Shown here: positions 18,950 to 28,628 of the stretch, in pieces
Layout: every line of letters begins with the position of its first letter
Position numbering within the stretch: the first letter of the stretch is position 1
Translations under genes and position numbers: made by a program
Sequence record: NC_048748.1
Reading direction: 5' to 3' (one strand)
Source of the DNA: Escherichia phage vB_EcoS_HdH2
Length of the DNA: 64,000 bases
The notes under the pieces: generated by a model
Told to the model about the DNA's origin: nothing
The model's input: only the letters and a program-made list of their open reading frames with translations
Databases searched by the model: none

Positions 18950-19374
18950 AATTTATTAATGGCCTCTAAGAAGTTTTTCATAGTTTTTACGGTTGCGGTG
19001 CTCAGATCAAGATTTACACCCAAACACTCGGTTAATGCTTCCTGATAAGGAGCCTTTAATCTGCCTTCTGGGACTTCTACCTTTTTATATTCTTTATTTT
19101 TGACCTTTTTAATCATAGTCTCTAGTACAAGAAGTGGTAATTTAGCACCTTCAATATCAGTACCCAAAAGTTCAGTTAAAATTTTATTAAGATCAAGACG
19201 AGTTAACTTTTTGCCCTTAGACATAGATGCACCTACCTTTGTATCAATAGATTTTTCCGCTTTCTTTTCGAGCTTTTTGTACTCAGGAGAGTCATGATCA
19301 CGGAGTGCAATGTTTAGCTCGTAATGTGGTATACGAAAATGTTCCGCCATTTGAGTATAGAAACGATCAGACAT
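18946..19374 (-). CDS. hypothetical protein
   Basis: 142 aa. Confidence 0.45.
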   Translation of the reverse strand: MSDRFYTQMAEHFRIPHYELNIALRDHDSPEYKKLEKKAEKSIDTKVGASMSKGKKLTRLDLNKILTELLGTDIEGAKLPLLVLETMIKKVKNKEYKKVEVPEGRLKAPYQEALTECLGVNLDLSTATVKTMKNFLEAINKL

Positions 19375-19449
19375 AATATATACCTCTCTTAACTAATTTA
19401 TGTATATATTATATAATAACTAGGGCTAAAAGTCAACTACTTTTTTATC

Positions 19450-19866
19450 TTAATCTACTGCATGGATAAATCTTTTCCTAACTAGATACATAGTTATTGG
19501 GTAAATTGAGTACATAAGTATCGGGGAGAAAAGGGTGAAATATGCTGTAACTCCCCCAGCTAACATCAAAGGTATTAATGCTAGAGTAAGGGCCATAAGA
19601 ATCATGCCGAATGAAACAGCCAAAGCTATGGATATAGGATTCTCTAGTTCCATCCATAACCAACAATATTTCGTATCTCTATGGCAATTGCATTTACAAA
19701 CGCCGAATGAACCCATAATTATATACTCTAGTCCGTGAATAACCTTTATTAATAAGCTATTTCGGGTAGTTAATGCAAGGATAGTAAAGACTATCATTAA
19801 AACGAATACTACTAGACTTATTTTCCAGATACCTAGCAGCATCATAGTGAATAGTTCTGCAAACAT
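19450..19866 (-). CDS. integral membrane protein
   Basis: 138 aa, multiple hydrophobic helices. Confidence 0.45.
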   Translation of the reverse strand: MFAELFTMMLLGIWKISLVVFVLMIVFTILALTTRNSLLIKVIHGLEYIIMGSFGVCKCNCHRDTKYCWLWMELENPISIALAVSFGMILMALTLALIPLMLAGGVTAYFTLFSPILMYSIYPITMYLVRKRFIHAVD

Positions 19867-19943
19867 GGCTTTCTCCTATCTTCAAAAATTATTAAAGCCC
19901 CCTTTGCCTAAAAAGGCGGGAATATTCCCGCCTCAGTTATTAA

Positions 19944-20357
19944 TTAAACTAGTTCGACATGACCGCCATCATAGGTACCACGTTTTATTTCATCGTGATA
20001 GTCTCCCGAAGCATTCCAATCAGCACCAAAACGAAGTTTAATGCCTAGTTCTTTACCTGCTTGTTCAAAAGCCTTTTTAACTACCCAAAATGCTTCTAAG
20101 TCATTCCAATCAATTTTGCCATTAATAAATGGAGCAAAATCAATAGCATCCCCAGTAATATGTTTGCTTTTACTAGGATCTTTTAGAAATGAAGTACCAT
20201 TAGCAATATTCTGGGCACTTTGTGCTACTGTACGAATACCCTGTACGATCGTGAAATCATATGGAGATAATTCTAAAGCTCTACGAGCTACTTTTTGTAA
20301 CTCTGGCTTAACGGTAGCTAATTGTTTTTCGCTATTTTTACCAAATTTAAAACTCAT
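19944..20357 (-). CDS. lys: Endolysin, L-alanyl-D-glutamate peptidase (M15-like)
   Basis: 137 aa; HITGDAIDF ... DGGHVEL zinc-ligand pattern; same size as T5 endolysin. Confidence 0.75.
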   Translation of the reverse strand: MSFKFGKNSEKQLATVKPELQKVARRALELSPYDFTIVQGIRTVAQSAQNIANGTSFLKDPSKSKHITGDAIDFAPFINGKIDWNDLEAFWVVKKAFEQAGKELGIKLRFGADWNASGDYHDEIKRGTYDGGHVELV

Positions 20358-21010
20358 ATTGATCTACCTAAAGATCTCTGTTGTGGGGAACAGAGCTTCG
20401 TTAAATACTCGTTAAATTTCTCAGAATCGGCTGTATCTACAGGATTATCTTTCCAAGCAATACCAATATATCCAGCATAGATATTGTTTAGATTGAAATA
20501 CGGACAAGTGTATATGTAATTAAAAGTAACGTTCTTAAACGCAGGTATATTTAACCCCATATATTTATTTACTTTTACACTTAAATCCGATGCGTAGTTA
20601 AAGCCGTCTAAGTGACGTCTATATAGCTCAGACGTCTTATTTACCGCTTTATCGGCCAAGTCAGCCCTATCTAATTGCGCATTGCTTTCCCATGCAATAA
20701 TGTTAGAATAATCATTAATGGCATCGGGTTTATACTTGACTACAAAAACAGCATCCGCACCCGTTTGGGAAAAAAGCACCATGCTCTTTTCTCTAGCTAC
20801 GTTAGGAAAATTACTTATCCTTTGAGTTTGAACATCCTGTAGAACCGCAGACGTGGAGAAAATCTTTAAGAACGACATCACCTCACTAGTATTACTAACA
20901 AATAAGAAAATAATGACAGCAACTAAGATAGTTAGCAGACGTTTAAGAAGCGATGCTGGATCTTTCGCTTCTTGGAGCAGTACCGTTAATAATTGTAAGA
21001 ACTTTTCCAA
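20354..21010 (-). CDS. hol: Holin (T5-type, single TMD)
   Basis: 218 aa, N-terminal transmembrane segment, directly upstream of and overlapping the endolysin. Confidence 0.6.
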   Translation of the reverse strand: MEKFLQLLTVLLQEAKDPASLLKRLLTILVAVIIFLFVSNTSEVMSFLKIFSTSAVLQDVQTQRISNFPNVAREKSMVLFSQTGADAVFVVKYKPDAINDYSNIIAWESNAQLDRADLADKAVNKTSELYRRHLDGFNYASDLSVKVNKYMGLNIPAFKNVTFNYIYTCPYFNLNNIYAGYIGIAWKDNPVDTADSEKFNEYLTKLCSPQQRSLGRSI

Positions 21011-21130
21011 TTGTAACCTCCTCTAACCAGTACCATTATACTAATTTTGGAGGAAAATTACAATGTGTTTTTAAAGATCACTTCTGGAGCATAAAATTTT
21101 GTCGTTGTCAAGAAGAATTTTAGATAAAAG

Positions 21131-21163
21131 AAAAGCCAGAGTCGTTAAACCCTGGCTTAAAAT
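21131..21163 (-). terminator. Rho-independent terminator (minus strand)
   Basis: gccagggtttaacgactctggc hairpin then ttttctttt. Confidence 0.55.
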
Positions 21164-21166
21164 TAC

Positions 21167-21766
21167 TTACTCTTCGTTATGCTCCTCGGATTGAGGTAAC
21201 TGGGCTTTATTATATTGCTCAGATCGATATTTTGCCAAGATTTCAATACGCTTATGGATTTCTTTGCTATCTAGATAGATATTTTTGTTGTCTTTTACCA
21301 TCTCGTCGATTTCGTCTATTGAGAAGAACGGATAGTAGACATCTAGCATCATATCTTCTACGAACTTGTTGTAAGATTCATAGGCCTTCTTGATTTCTTG
21401 ACCCTTCTCACAGAATCCGCCAGAGAACGTGTGTCCCATTAGCGTAGCATGTGGATGTACTACCCATCCATGACAGGATAGGAAAATTGTGCAGTAAGCA
21501 GAAGCACTAGGACCAATTAGATGCCCTATAACTGTTCCACGGCAATTAGCAATTAAGTTAGATAACTGTGCAGCGGTATCAACATAGCCACCAGGGCCAT
21601 TAATCATCAGATTAATTTCGTCATCCTCATTTGCCTGCATAAGTACCATTGATAAATCACGGTATTCATCCGGCGGACCAAGTTCTTCATCAAAGAAAAA
21701 GGTATACTCGTTAGATTGGCGAATGGAGTGAAACAGGTTAGTCTTTTCTTCTTTTTTATTAGTCAT
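21167..21766 (-). CDS. ClpP-like serine protease
   Basis: INGPGGYVDTA and GPSASAY resemble ClpP INSPGG / catalytic-Ser motifs. Confidence 0.55.
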   Translation of the reverse strand: MTNKKEEKTNLFHSIRQSNEYTFFFDEELGPPDEYRDLSMVLMQANEDDEINLMINGPGGYVDTAAQLSNLIANCRGTVIGHLIGPSASAYCTIFLSCHGWVVHPHATLMGHTFSGGFCEKGQEIKKAYESYNKFVEDMMLDVYYPFFSIDEIDEMVKDNKNIYLDSKEIHKRIEILAKYRSEQYNKAQLPQSEEHNEE

Positions 21767-21778
21767 AGCGATCCTTGA

Positions 21779-22531
21779 TTATCCAACTAGTGGTTCTAGC
21801 TCTAAGTCACAGAAGTTATACACTTCTAGTTTAAGGTTATTGATACCATCGAATTTATTAACTAATTCGTGAGTGATATATTTTGCAGGAATACCACTTT
21901 CAGATGGATGATCTGATTTAATAGTGAACTTCTGCTCAGCGGGCACTACATTTACTAGTAAAGAATCCATATCTAAATGGTTCGTTTCTCTGAGTAACTC
22001 TCCTTCATTGGGGAATCTCACATCTGTTATTACGGCGACATCTGGGTCGTCTTTAGCGATGGATTGCTCCAGAATTATGAGCCAAATGCGTTCATGCACC
22101 AGCTGCCTTCCTAGCTCTGTTCCTACGAGCTGTAACATTTTTCTCGGAGAAATAAATAAACTATAAAGTCCGTCTTCTTTATTCTCTGAGATAAGTTGTT
22201 GAGGATTAAGATATTTTTCCTCAAAAATAGGCCAAACGTACGAGAAGTCTTCAAACTTATCGATACCGTACTTAAACCACACATCTCTGGCTCGCTCCAG
22301 TTGAGATTGTGTGACCGTAAACCATTGGTCAATCTCTTTTCCCCTGCGCTCTCCTAGAAACTCTGGAGTTACACCGAGGATTACGGATGCAAGTTCATAA
22401 ACGGGCTTAGCAAAACTGTAACGACGGGATAAACACGTTGGATACGTGTTATTACACCAATCGATAATTAATTTTGCAACGGTATCTTTTCCCGAACCAG
22501 CTTCACCATGTAAACCGACTAATACTGACAT
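21779..22531 (-). CDS. deoxynucleoside monophosphate kinase
   Basis: P-loop GEAGSGKDT at the N-terminus, about 250 aa as for T4/T5 dNMP kinases. Confidence 0.65.
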   Translation of the reverse strand: MSVLVGLHGEAGSGKDTVAKLIIDWCNNTYPTCLSRRYSFAKPVYELASVILGVTPEFLGERRGKEIDQWFTVTQSQLERARDVWFKYGIDKFEDFSYVWPIFEEKYLNPQQLISENKEDGLYSLFISPRKMLQLVGTELGRQLVHERIWLIILEQSIAKDDPDVAVITDVRFPNEGELLRETNHLDMDSLLVNVVPAEQKFTIKSDHPSESGIPAKYITHELVNKFDGINNLKLEVYNFCDLELEPLVG

Positions 22532-22884
22532 TAATCTTTCCTATTGTTAATTGGTGGATAGTAAACTAAGCAACGTTTTTCTTGTAAATCTTGGCGATAG
22601 AAGCAAACCATACTTGTCAGTCGTGAAATGTAAGAGTAAACTGCTTCCTCACATTTTGCTTTTGCATTCCAATCTTTATATGGTACAACAACTACTACGC
22701 CATCTTCTCCATTTGTAGCTAGTTTCTTTTCAAACTTAAAGTCAAAGCTACAAGGTTGAAGTCCTTTAGGCCAGTCTACATGAGCTTGCTTTAACTCATG
22801 AGATGGCTCTGGTTTTATTTCTTCTGCACAGCCTGTGATTGTGATTGCGGCTGCGAGCAGTATTCCAAGTTTCCAGTTAAACAT
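22531..22884 (-). CDS. lipoprotein (possible o-spanin)
   Basis: Signal peptide with lipobox ITGC; overlaps upstream gene by 70 nt. Confidence 0.45.
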   Translation of the reverse strand: MFNWKLGILLAAAITITGCAEEIKPEPSHELKQAHVDWPKGLQPCSFDFKFEKKLATNGEDGVVVVVPYKDWNAKAKCEEAVYSYISRLTSMVCFYRQDLQEKRCLVYYPPINNRKD

Positions 22885-23264
22885 GCTAATCTTTCCTCGA
22901 ACTCTTTACTCTGCTTTTTAGCAATTAATGTTACCAATCCAGGCTTTGCAGCTATAATATCTTGGCGACTAAGAGCTTTGTCTAACTGCTTAATCTTTTT
23001 GTCTAGATCTGCTTGCGAAATATTATTCATTGTGAAATACTGATTCATTCTAGTCTCACGAAGTTCGCTTTCAGCTTTCACCTTATTGAGGGAAGTCTCT
23101 AGAGAAGAAATCTTTTTAGTAGCTACCGCAAGATCTCCTGCTAAAGTCTCCACTTTATCTACTAAGTGATAAGCACCGAACCCGATGCCTATCGCTAGAC
23201 CTGCTCCCAGGATATACCACTTACCTTGCCATATTCCTGAAAGAAGTTTTTGTATCAAATCCAT
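22815..23264 (-). CDS. type II membrane coiled-coil protein (possible i-spanin)
   Basis: N-terminal transmembrane segment then long coiled coil; overlaps lipoprotein gene. Confidence 0.4.
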   Translation of the reverse strand: MDLIQKLLSGIWQGKWYILGAGLAIGIGFGAYHLVDKVETLAGDLAVATKKISSLETSLNKVKAESELRETRMNQYFTMNNISQADLDKKIKQLDKALSRQDIIAAKPGLVTLIAKKQSKEFEERLACLTGNLEYCSQPQSQSQAVQKK

Positions 23265-23919
23265 GCGCTGCTAACCTATCTTTATCTGATACTTTAATCA
23301 TATCAGGCTCACCAGTTCCTAATACACCAAAGATATACTGTTCGAGAACTTGGTGTAAACGGTATAAGTTACTTTCAATTTCCTGCCACGGAATACCTGA
23401 CTGATGGAAACGAATGTTAGTCTGAATTACGAAGTTACGAACATCATCGTTATCGTTCTTTTTAATACCTTTCACATATGCAATCGGTACACGCAGTTCG
23501 GATAAGATACGTTCTGCTTTAGGTTTTGCTTCAGCGAGCAGATCACGCATTGTTTCACGAACATCTCCACGACTCTTATCCATTAAGTAAGAGCGAGCAT
23601 GCAATCCCATCTCTTCCATTTTATCGAACATAGTGTCGAGGTCGAACGTTTTGAAGCTAAATGCTGGATGCCAGCAGTACAGCTCGTGTAACCAGTAAAC
23701 TTCACCTGCAACAAATAGCGGGTTTACAAAATATTCGAAATCACCACGGAAAGATAGCGAACCATCACGAAATACCTGGCGACTATGCACGATGTTCTTT
23801 TCTGCATCATCAGTTACTTTAACCAGTAGCTCTTCAGTTTTACGCTCCCAAACACGATCTGCATCAAATAAACTGTTCTGCAAATCATATACATCGGCGA
23901 ATTTAGAAATGATCCTCAT
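23221..23919 (-). CDS. hypothetical protein
   Basis: 232 aa. Confidence 0.5.
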   Translation of the reverse strand: MRIISKFADVYDLQNSLFDADRVWERKTEELLVKVTDDAEKNIVHSRQVFRDGSLSFRGDFEYFVNPLFVAGEVYWLHELYCWHPAFSFKTFDLDTMFDKMEEMGLHARSYLMDKSRGDVRETMRDLLAEAKPKAERILSELRVPIAYVKGIKKNDNDDVRNFVIQTNIRFHQSGIPWQEIESNLYRLHQVLEQYIFGVLGTGEPDMIKVSDKDRLAAHGFDTKTSFRNMAR

Positions 23920-24002
23920 ATTTAATCCTCTTGCCTCAATCTATAAACATATTATACAAAAGTTTGGGCATCTAAGCAACTAAAATTTTATTATAAAAAT
24001 AG

Positions 24003-24037
24003 CCCAGTCGCAAAAGTGCAGGCTGGGCTTTGTCATT
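24003..24037 (-). terminator. Rho-independent terminator (minus strand)
   Basis: agcccagcctgcacttttgcgactgggct hairpin then T-run. Confidence 0.55.
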
Positions 24038-24073
24038 ATTTGCTTTTGCTAGTAAGTTGACTTAGTGTCAATC

Positions 24074-24454
24074 TCATGTAATATTAGTTTCTCTAGCTTT
24101 GCGTAGTACCCCTGCATTTCTCCATAACTTAATATCGTCTACTGTTTCTTTATAAGGAGCTATGGTAAAACCTAGTGGGCCAGCACTAAATAGCCCTAAG
24201 AATCCTATTGCACGCATATAGAATAAGCATTCTTCGCCTGTCATTTCTTCAACTGCTTTTCTTTGTTTTTCGTTTTCAAACTCGTGCTCCTTGTTGTCTA
24301 TACGAAGGTGTTTAATGAACCATTCAGCAGAATATTCATCTAAGTGTCTAAGTATAGCTACTGCATACCCAGTGCCAATTAAAAACCAAGTGGTAACAAG
24401 AATTAGTACTATAGTCATATAATCTCCGGTTAAGGTCAGCGACCAACTCACCAC
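24074..24454 (-). CDS. membrane protein
   Basis: 126 aa with hydrophobic segments. Confidence 0.4.
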   Translation of the reverse strand: MVSWSLTLTGDYMTIVLILVTTWFLIGTGYAVAILRHLDEYSAEWFIKHLRIDNKEHEFENEKQRKAVEEMTGEECLFYMRAIGFLGLFSAGPLGFTIAPYKETVDDIKLWRNAGVLRKARETNIT

Positions 24455-24528
24455 TTACCGCACTAAGGGGCACGACTCCCTTATCCGTAACAGTTGCAGG
24501 TGACGCAACTCGGTCCTACGCGAGTTCT

Positions 24529-24813
24529 TTACTTCCCAAAGTATTTAGCTTTGAGTTGTTTCATCTTGCGGGTTTTACGATAGAATCCGTAGAGAGCTAC
24601 TGGCCCTAATAATGTGTCAATTATAATAAACATCACTAGGGCGATCTTGTATCCCTTTTCCACACCAAAGAAGGTTAAGATATCTGGGGAAGTTCGCCAC
24701 AGATGCTTTAATAATACAGCCTTGTTTTTCGAGAAGAACACATCATCAACACAGCTGTAAATAGCAACCACAGAACCAATGACAAACCAAAGAGCAAATG
24801 GAGAGATAATCAT
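24529..24813 (-). CDS. membrane protein
   Basis: 94 aa. Confidence 0.4.
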   Translation of the reverse strand: MIISPFALWFVIGSVVAIYSCVDDVFFSKNKAVLLKHLWRTSPDILTFFGVEKGYKIALVMFIIIDTLLGPVALYGFYRKTRKMKQLKAKYFGK

Positions 24814-25106
24814 TTCAGATCCTTTTCATTAATTAGAATATTAGTAAACAGCGGAGTAAACCCTAGACTCATAGTGGGTCCAAAGGTTTTCATAGCTATC
24901 CATAACTGCATGGTAATCATCCCATCTTTAATCTCTGGATCTTTATATTCACCAATACGTTTCTTGGCAAAAGCAACTATGTCTGGATTATTTTTATTTT
25001 CCTGAATATAGTCATGCCAAAACTGGGTATTCTCACTACGTAGGAATGTTAAAACATCCTTAGTTGCTGGAATCTGCACTGTGCTGTTGATGTTTAGTCT
25101 TTTCAC
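24810..25106 (-). CDS. hypothetical protein
   Basis: 98 aa. Confidence 0.4.
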   Translation of the reverse strand: MKRLNINSTVQIPATKDVLTFLRSENTQFWHDYIQENKNNPDIVAFAKKRIGEYKDPEIKDGMITMQLWIAMKTFGPTMSLGFTPLFTNILINEKDLK

Positions 25107-25503
25107 GTTCTTCTCTCTGACGTTTGCGTTCTTTCATCATATGAGCTGCTACAACTTCATGGTAGTAGTCATTAATGTTACCTTCTGGCAAGAAATGCTT
25201 AATAGTCACTAGCTGACAAATAACTCGATGAAGATGGTTATTTGGTAGACACAATTTTATACCTGCAACAAATCCAGAGAAGCCTGGAACACTGAACATG
25301 GGTTGGGCTTCTACTCTACCTTCAGAGTTGATATTAAGCTCAATTGAGATACCCATTTTCATGCTATAAAGCTGGCAATATTCTCCATTACCAGACCTTG
25401 ACCAAACAGTGAAGTCCTCATCAATTTGATCTTGGATTTCTGTAATAGCAAATTTAATTCTAGGATCTAAATTATTCATCTTCACCTTCAAAGTCGCAAT
25501 CAT
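25060..25503 (-). CDS. hypothetical protein
   Basis: 147 aa. Confidence 0.4.
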   Translation of the reverse strand: MIATLKVKMNNLDPRIKFAITEIQDQIDEDFTVWSRSGNGEYCQLYSMKMGISIELNINSEGRVEAQPMFSVPGFSGFVAGIKLCLPNNHLHRVICQLVTIKHFLPEGNINDYYHEVVAAHMMKERKRQREEREKTKHQQHSADSSN

Positions 25504-25837
25504 AACGACAAGTAAAAGAATCAGAATTATTAGTACGTTGAGTGGTTATTTCACCGCGTTTGCTAATAGTAACGGCTGGAGTAGAGAAGTTTTTATTAGT
25601 ATATATTTCTACTTTACCATTACGTTCCTTAACATCACGAACTTTACCATACTCGGTAATAATGCCGTTCTGTTGTATTCTAACATTCCCATTTTTCATA
25701 AAAACTTTGGTAGATGCTAGAGAACCGAAACTAACCGTGGAGATCATCAGTGCAATAATAAACTTATCCATCTTCATCCTCCCCACTACAATCACGACAT
25801 ACATCATAATCGTTGAAAGAACGTTCGTGAGCTTCAC
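25472..25837 (-). CDS. secreted/membrane-anchored protein
   Basis: 121 aa with N-terminal hydrophobic signal-like segment. Confidence 0.4.
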   Translation of the reverse strand: MKLTNVLSTIMMYVVIVVGRMKMDKFIIALMISTVSFGSLASTKVFMKNGNVRIQQNGIITEYGKVRDVKERNGKVEIYTNKNFSTPAVTISKRGEITTQRTNNSDSFTCRYDCDFEGEDE

Positions 25838-26045
25838 ACCACCAAGAACAAGAATCGCAGAGAAACATTTCGGTTTTCTCTAGTGCTTGACCTAAAAGAT
25901 CATCAGCTTCCTCAGCAGTAATCTTCAATCCGCACACATCTGCCACACGTTCTTTAATTAAACGACCTGCCTCATGGTAAGACATACAGGTTCCAACAAC
26001 ACTATGCTCGACAACGTGAATAGCACAGTCTAGACGAGTTTTCAT
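25764..26045 (-). CDS. Cys-rich protein (zinc-ribbon-like)
   Basis: CDSCSWWC ... CRDC motifs. Confidence 0.4.
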   Translation of the reverse strand: MKTRLDCAIHVVEHSVVGTCMSYHEAGRLIKERVADVCGLKITAEEADDLLGQALEKTEMFLCDSCSWWCEAHERSFNDYDVCRDCSGEDEDG

Positions 26046-26121
26046 TTCAAACCTCTCTCATCAATTTATAAATATATTATAGCAAGAAAAGAGAGGTTTA
26101 GCAAATGAATTATTTCAGAAT

Positions 26122-26469
26122 TTAGTCATAGCACCACCATAACCCACGCTTACGCATGTCATGATCGCGATTATAGTCGTAATTTTCTGGGTCTTTCATC
26201 ACGCGGTGGAGTTCTTGACGATTCCCTTGACGAACCATTTTATTAGAATGCCACTTAACATTCTTACTAACAGAATTCCAGCTATAACCATCCTTTTTCT
26301 CATTACGAATGGTTGCTTCTTCCATTTCCTGTTCTACCTCATCCCAGGATTTAGCATAAGTAACACGAATCCAGTAGCCACTTGCTTTGAGGAAAGTATA
26401 TCCCTGGGTGTAATTAGCTTTAGACTTCCACCACTGATCACCAGATTGTTTACGATAAGTACGGCTCAT
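26122..26469 (-). CDS. hypothetical protein
   Basis: 115 aa, Trp-rich. Confidence 0.4.
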   Translation of the reverse strand: MSRTYRKQSGDQWWKSKANYTQGYTFLKASGYWIRVTYAKSWDEVEQEMEEATIRNEKKDGYSWNSVSKNVKWHSNKMVRQGNRQELHRVMKDPENYDYNRDHDMRKRGLWWCYD

Positions 26470-26548
26470 ATTACCTCCATTAAGTCTTTTAAATTAACCT
26501 AATGTGGATGAATTTTATTATACATAAATTATTTACCTGTATATAGAA

Positions 26549-26582
26549 AAACCCCAGACTACTTATTCAATAGCTGGGGTTT
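26549..26582 (-). terminator. Rho-independent terminator (minus strand)
   Basis: aaaccccagctattgaataagtagtctggggttt hairpin. Confidence 0.5.
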
Positions 26583-26590
26583 GTTATTAA

Positions 26591-26905
26591 TCACAGATCG
26601 GGGCGTTCATCTTCGAAACAGCCTGAGCTAATTCCTTCTCCGAATCCTACAAAGCCATCAAATTCATCATTTGAAATATCCGTAATCATTGCTTCCATTT
26701 TCCTAATTTCCGAGGTTTTCATCCCTGCTTTACTATTCTTAAAGTGTTTGCGAGGATTCCCACACATCCAACAAGAACAGATACAAGGAGTAGTAGTGAT
26801 AATACCTAACCGTTTAGGGCTTTCTTCATGTGGGAAGACTGTCCAGTATTTCTTGCGGTTGTTCTTCACACGTTGCCGGTGATGACGTCTTAATGCTCGA
26901 TCCAC
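26591..26905 (-). CDS. Cys-rich hypothetical protein
   Basis: 104 aa; CICSCWMC motif. Confidence 0.4.
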   Translation of the reverse strand: MDRALRRHHRQRVKNNRKKYWTVFPHEESPKRLGIITTTPCICSCWMCGNPRKHFKNSKAGMKTSEIRKMEAMITDISNDEFDGFVGFGEGISSGCFEDERPDL

Positions 26906-26986
26906 ACATTTCTCCTAAAACTTGGGAGATAAATGGAGTTTGCTCGACTACCTTACGTAGTTCGTAGAAACCGTATCCAAGCCCCA

Positions 26987-27355
26987 TTACATCGCCTGAG
27001 TAAATGTACGACTAATAACATCGTTCTGTTGTTCACGCGTCAGTGCATTAAAACGTACAGCGTACCCTGAAACACGGATAGTTAATTGAGGGTATTTTTC
27101 AGGATGTTTCTGTGCATCCAAAAGCTGATCACGACTTAACACATTGACGTTTAGGTGTTGACCACCTTCAATTTGAGGGGCGACTTCCACCTTGACTTCA
27201 CGAAAGGACTCTGGGTCAAAGTGAGGTGTGATACCTTCTAGATCCTCAACTAGAACTTTTTGTTTAAGTTCACCATCTTTAGAGTATAATTGAATAATCT
27301 GATTATTATGAACAATATTAATTACGCCAGATTTAAGATTTTGGTACGCTTTCAT
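26987..27355 (-). CDS. grcA: Autonomous glycyl radical cofactor GrcA/YfiD-like
   Basis: C-terminus [10 protein letters not shown]...[20 protein letters not shown] closely matches E. coli GrcA (as recalled) including RVSGY; start trimmed to MKAYQ (about 123 aa). Confidence 0.7.
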   Translation of the reverse strand: MKAYQNLKSGVINIVHNNQIIQLYSKDGELKQKVLVEDLEGITPHFDPESFREVKVEVAPQIEGGQHLNVNVLSRDQLLDAQKHPEKYPQLTIRVSGYAVRFNALTREQQNDVISRTFTQAM

Positions 27356-27540
27356 TAGATCTCCTGTTTGGTAGTTAGTAGTGGATTTGAACCACTGTAG
27401 TCGCTCCGTATGAAGGAGGTGCATAACCACTCTGCCAACTAACTATTATGTTTTACTAGACTAAGTAAGTATTCTTTATACTCTTTAGACCAATTAGCTT
27501 TTTTAAACTTTCCTGGACGCATAGTCTTAATTCCTAAATT

Positions 27541-27617
27541 TGGTACTCCGGGAGGGATTTAAACCCCCGATCTCTCGGTTATCAGCTGAGTGCTTTAGAT
27601 CGCTAAGCTACCGAAGC
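27541..27617 (-). tRNA. tRNA, anticodon GAT (Ile) by manual fold
   Basis: Encoded CCA; acceptor with 2 G-U; T arm GGGGG/TTTAAAT/CCCTC. Confidence 0.45.
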
Positions 27618-27632
27618 ATTAAAATATTTACA

Positions 27633-27938
27633 TCACACACTGTCTAAGTAAGAAGTATAATGGAATTTAGTTTCTCCAGTCTTATCTACTTCTACCTCAG
27701 TTCGTGGTACTTGACGCACTATACCATGAATCATCTTATAGCGAATGCCTTTAGCTGGTTCATGATCTTTTGGAAATACTTGTTTAACCGTTACTACTTT
27801 ATACTCTTCACGCGGGGTTAGCACAACTACTTGATCACCTTCTTTGATTTTCCAAGAAGATGGAAATTCATAGGTATATCTTTGGCCACTAGTTTGGAAT
27901 ACTACAGAAAGATAACGTTTCATTTGGTTTCCTCTCAT
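27633..27938 (-). CDS. hypothetical protein
   Basis: 101 aa. Confidence 0.45.
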   Translation of the reverse strand: MRGNQMKRYLSVVFQTSGQRYTYEFPSSWKIKEGDQVVVLTPREEYKVVTVKQVFPKDHEPAKGIRYKMIHGIVRQVPRTEVEVDKTGETKFHYTSYLDSV

Positions 27939-27996
27939 TAATTTATATAAATATTATAGCAATAAATAAGAGAGAAAGCAAATGAATTTTTAAATT

Positions 27997-28071
27997 TGGT
28001 GCTCCCACCAGGAATCGAACCCGGTTCCACGGTTTACAAGACCGTTGCATCGCCAGCAATGCTTTAAGAGC
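27997..28071 (-). tRNA. tRNA-Thr (anticodon TGT)
   Basis: GGTTCGATTCC T-loop, CCA encoded, loop CTTGTAA. Confidence 0.55.
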
Positions 28072-28463
28072 TATCGTTGTCTTGTTGAAACTCTATTTCT
28101 GGCCCTATGCGTAGGGGTCATAGAGTGACAGTTAGGGCAGAGAATCTTTAGATTTTCTGGAGAACAGTTAGTTGCATCTCCATCTATATGATCTACCTCA
28201 GTTAAAACTGCTCCGTCAATTGGATGTTTCCCATCCCAACCACATACTTCACAAGCAGTACCACGAGTATCCCACAGCCACTTCCTAACAAAAGGTTTTA
28301 ATTGTGCAGCTTTACCAGTATAACCAGGTTCTTCACCTGCCAACCACTTTAATACTTTTTGCTTTGTCTGGTACTCCTGCTGACAAGCAGGACCACAATA
28401 CTTACCTGCGGAGCCCCTACTTTTAGGTTTTGTGATTCCGCAATTTAAACAAGTAAACTCCAT
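28071..28463 (-). CDS. HNH endonuclease
   Basis: EVDHIDGDATNCSPENLKILCPNCH HNH core plus N-terminal Cys-rich region. Confidence 0.65.
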   Translation of the reverse strand: MEFTCLNCGITKPKSRGSAGKYCGPACQQEYQTKQKVLKWLAGEEPGYTGKAAQLKPFVRKWLWDTRGTACEVCGWDGKHPIDGAVLTEVDHIDGDATNCSPENLKILCPNCHSMTPTHRARNRVSTRQR

Positions 28464-28628
28464 GTTGCTTCCTATTTCAACGGGATTTCTTTTTCAATAA
28501 CGGGAGACTTATCAGTCATAACTGCCATAGCCAACTGCTGAAGAAACTCGAAAGTTAGCTTTAAGCGTTCTTCGCCTAATTCAACCTCAACGTATTTCTT
28601 TTGTTTGTCAACCTTTAATTTTAGGTTA

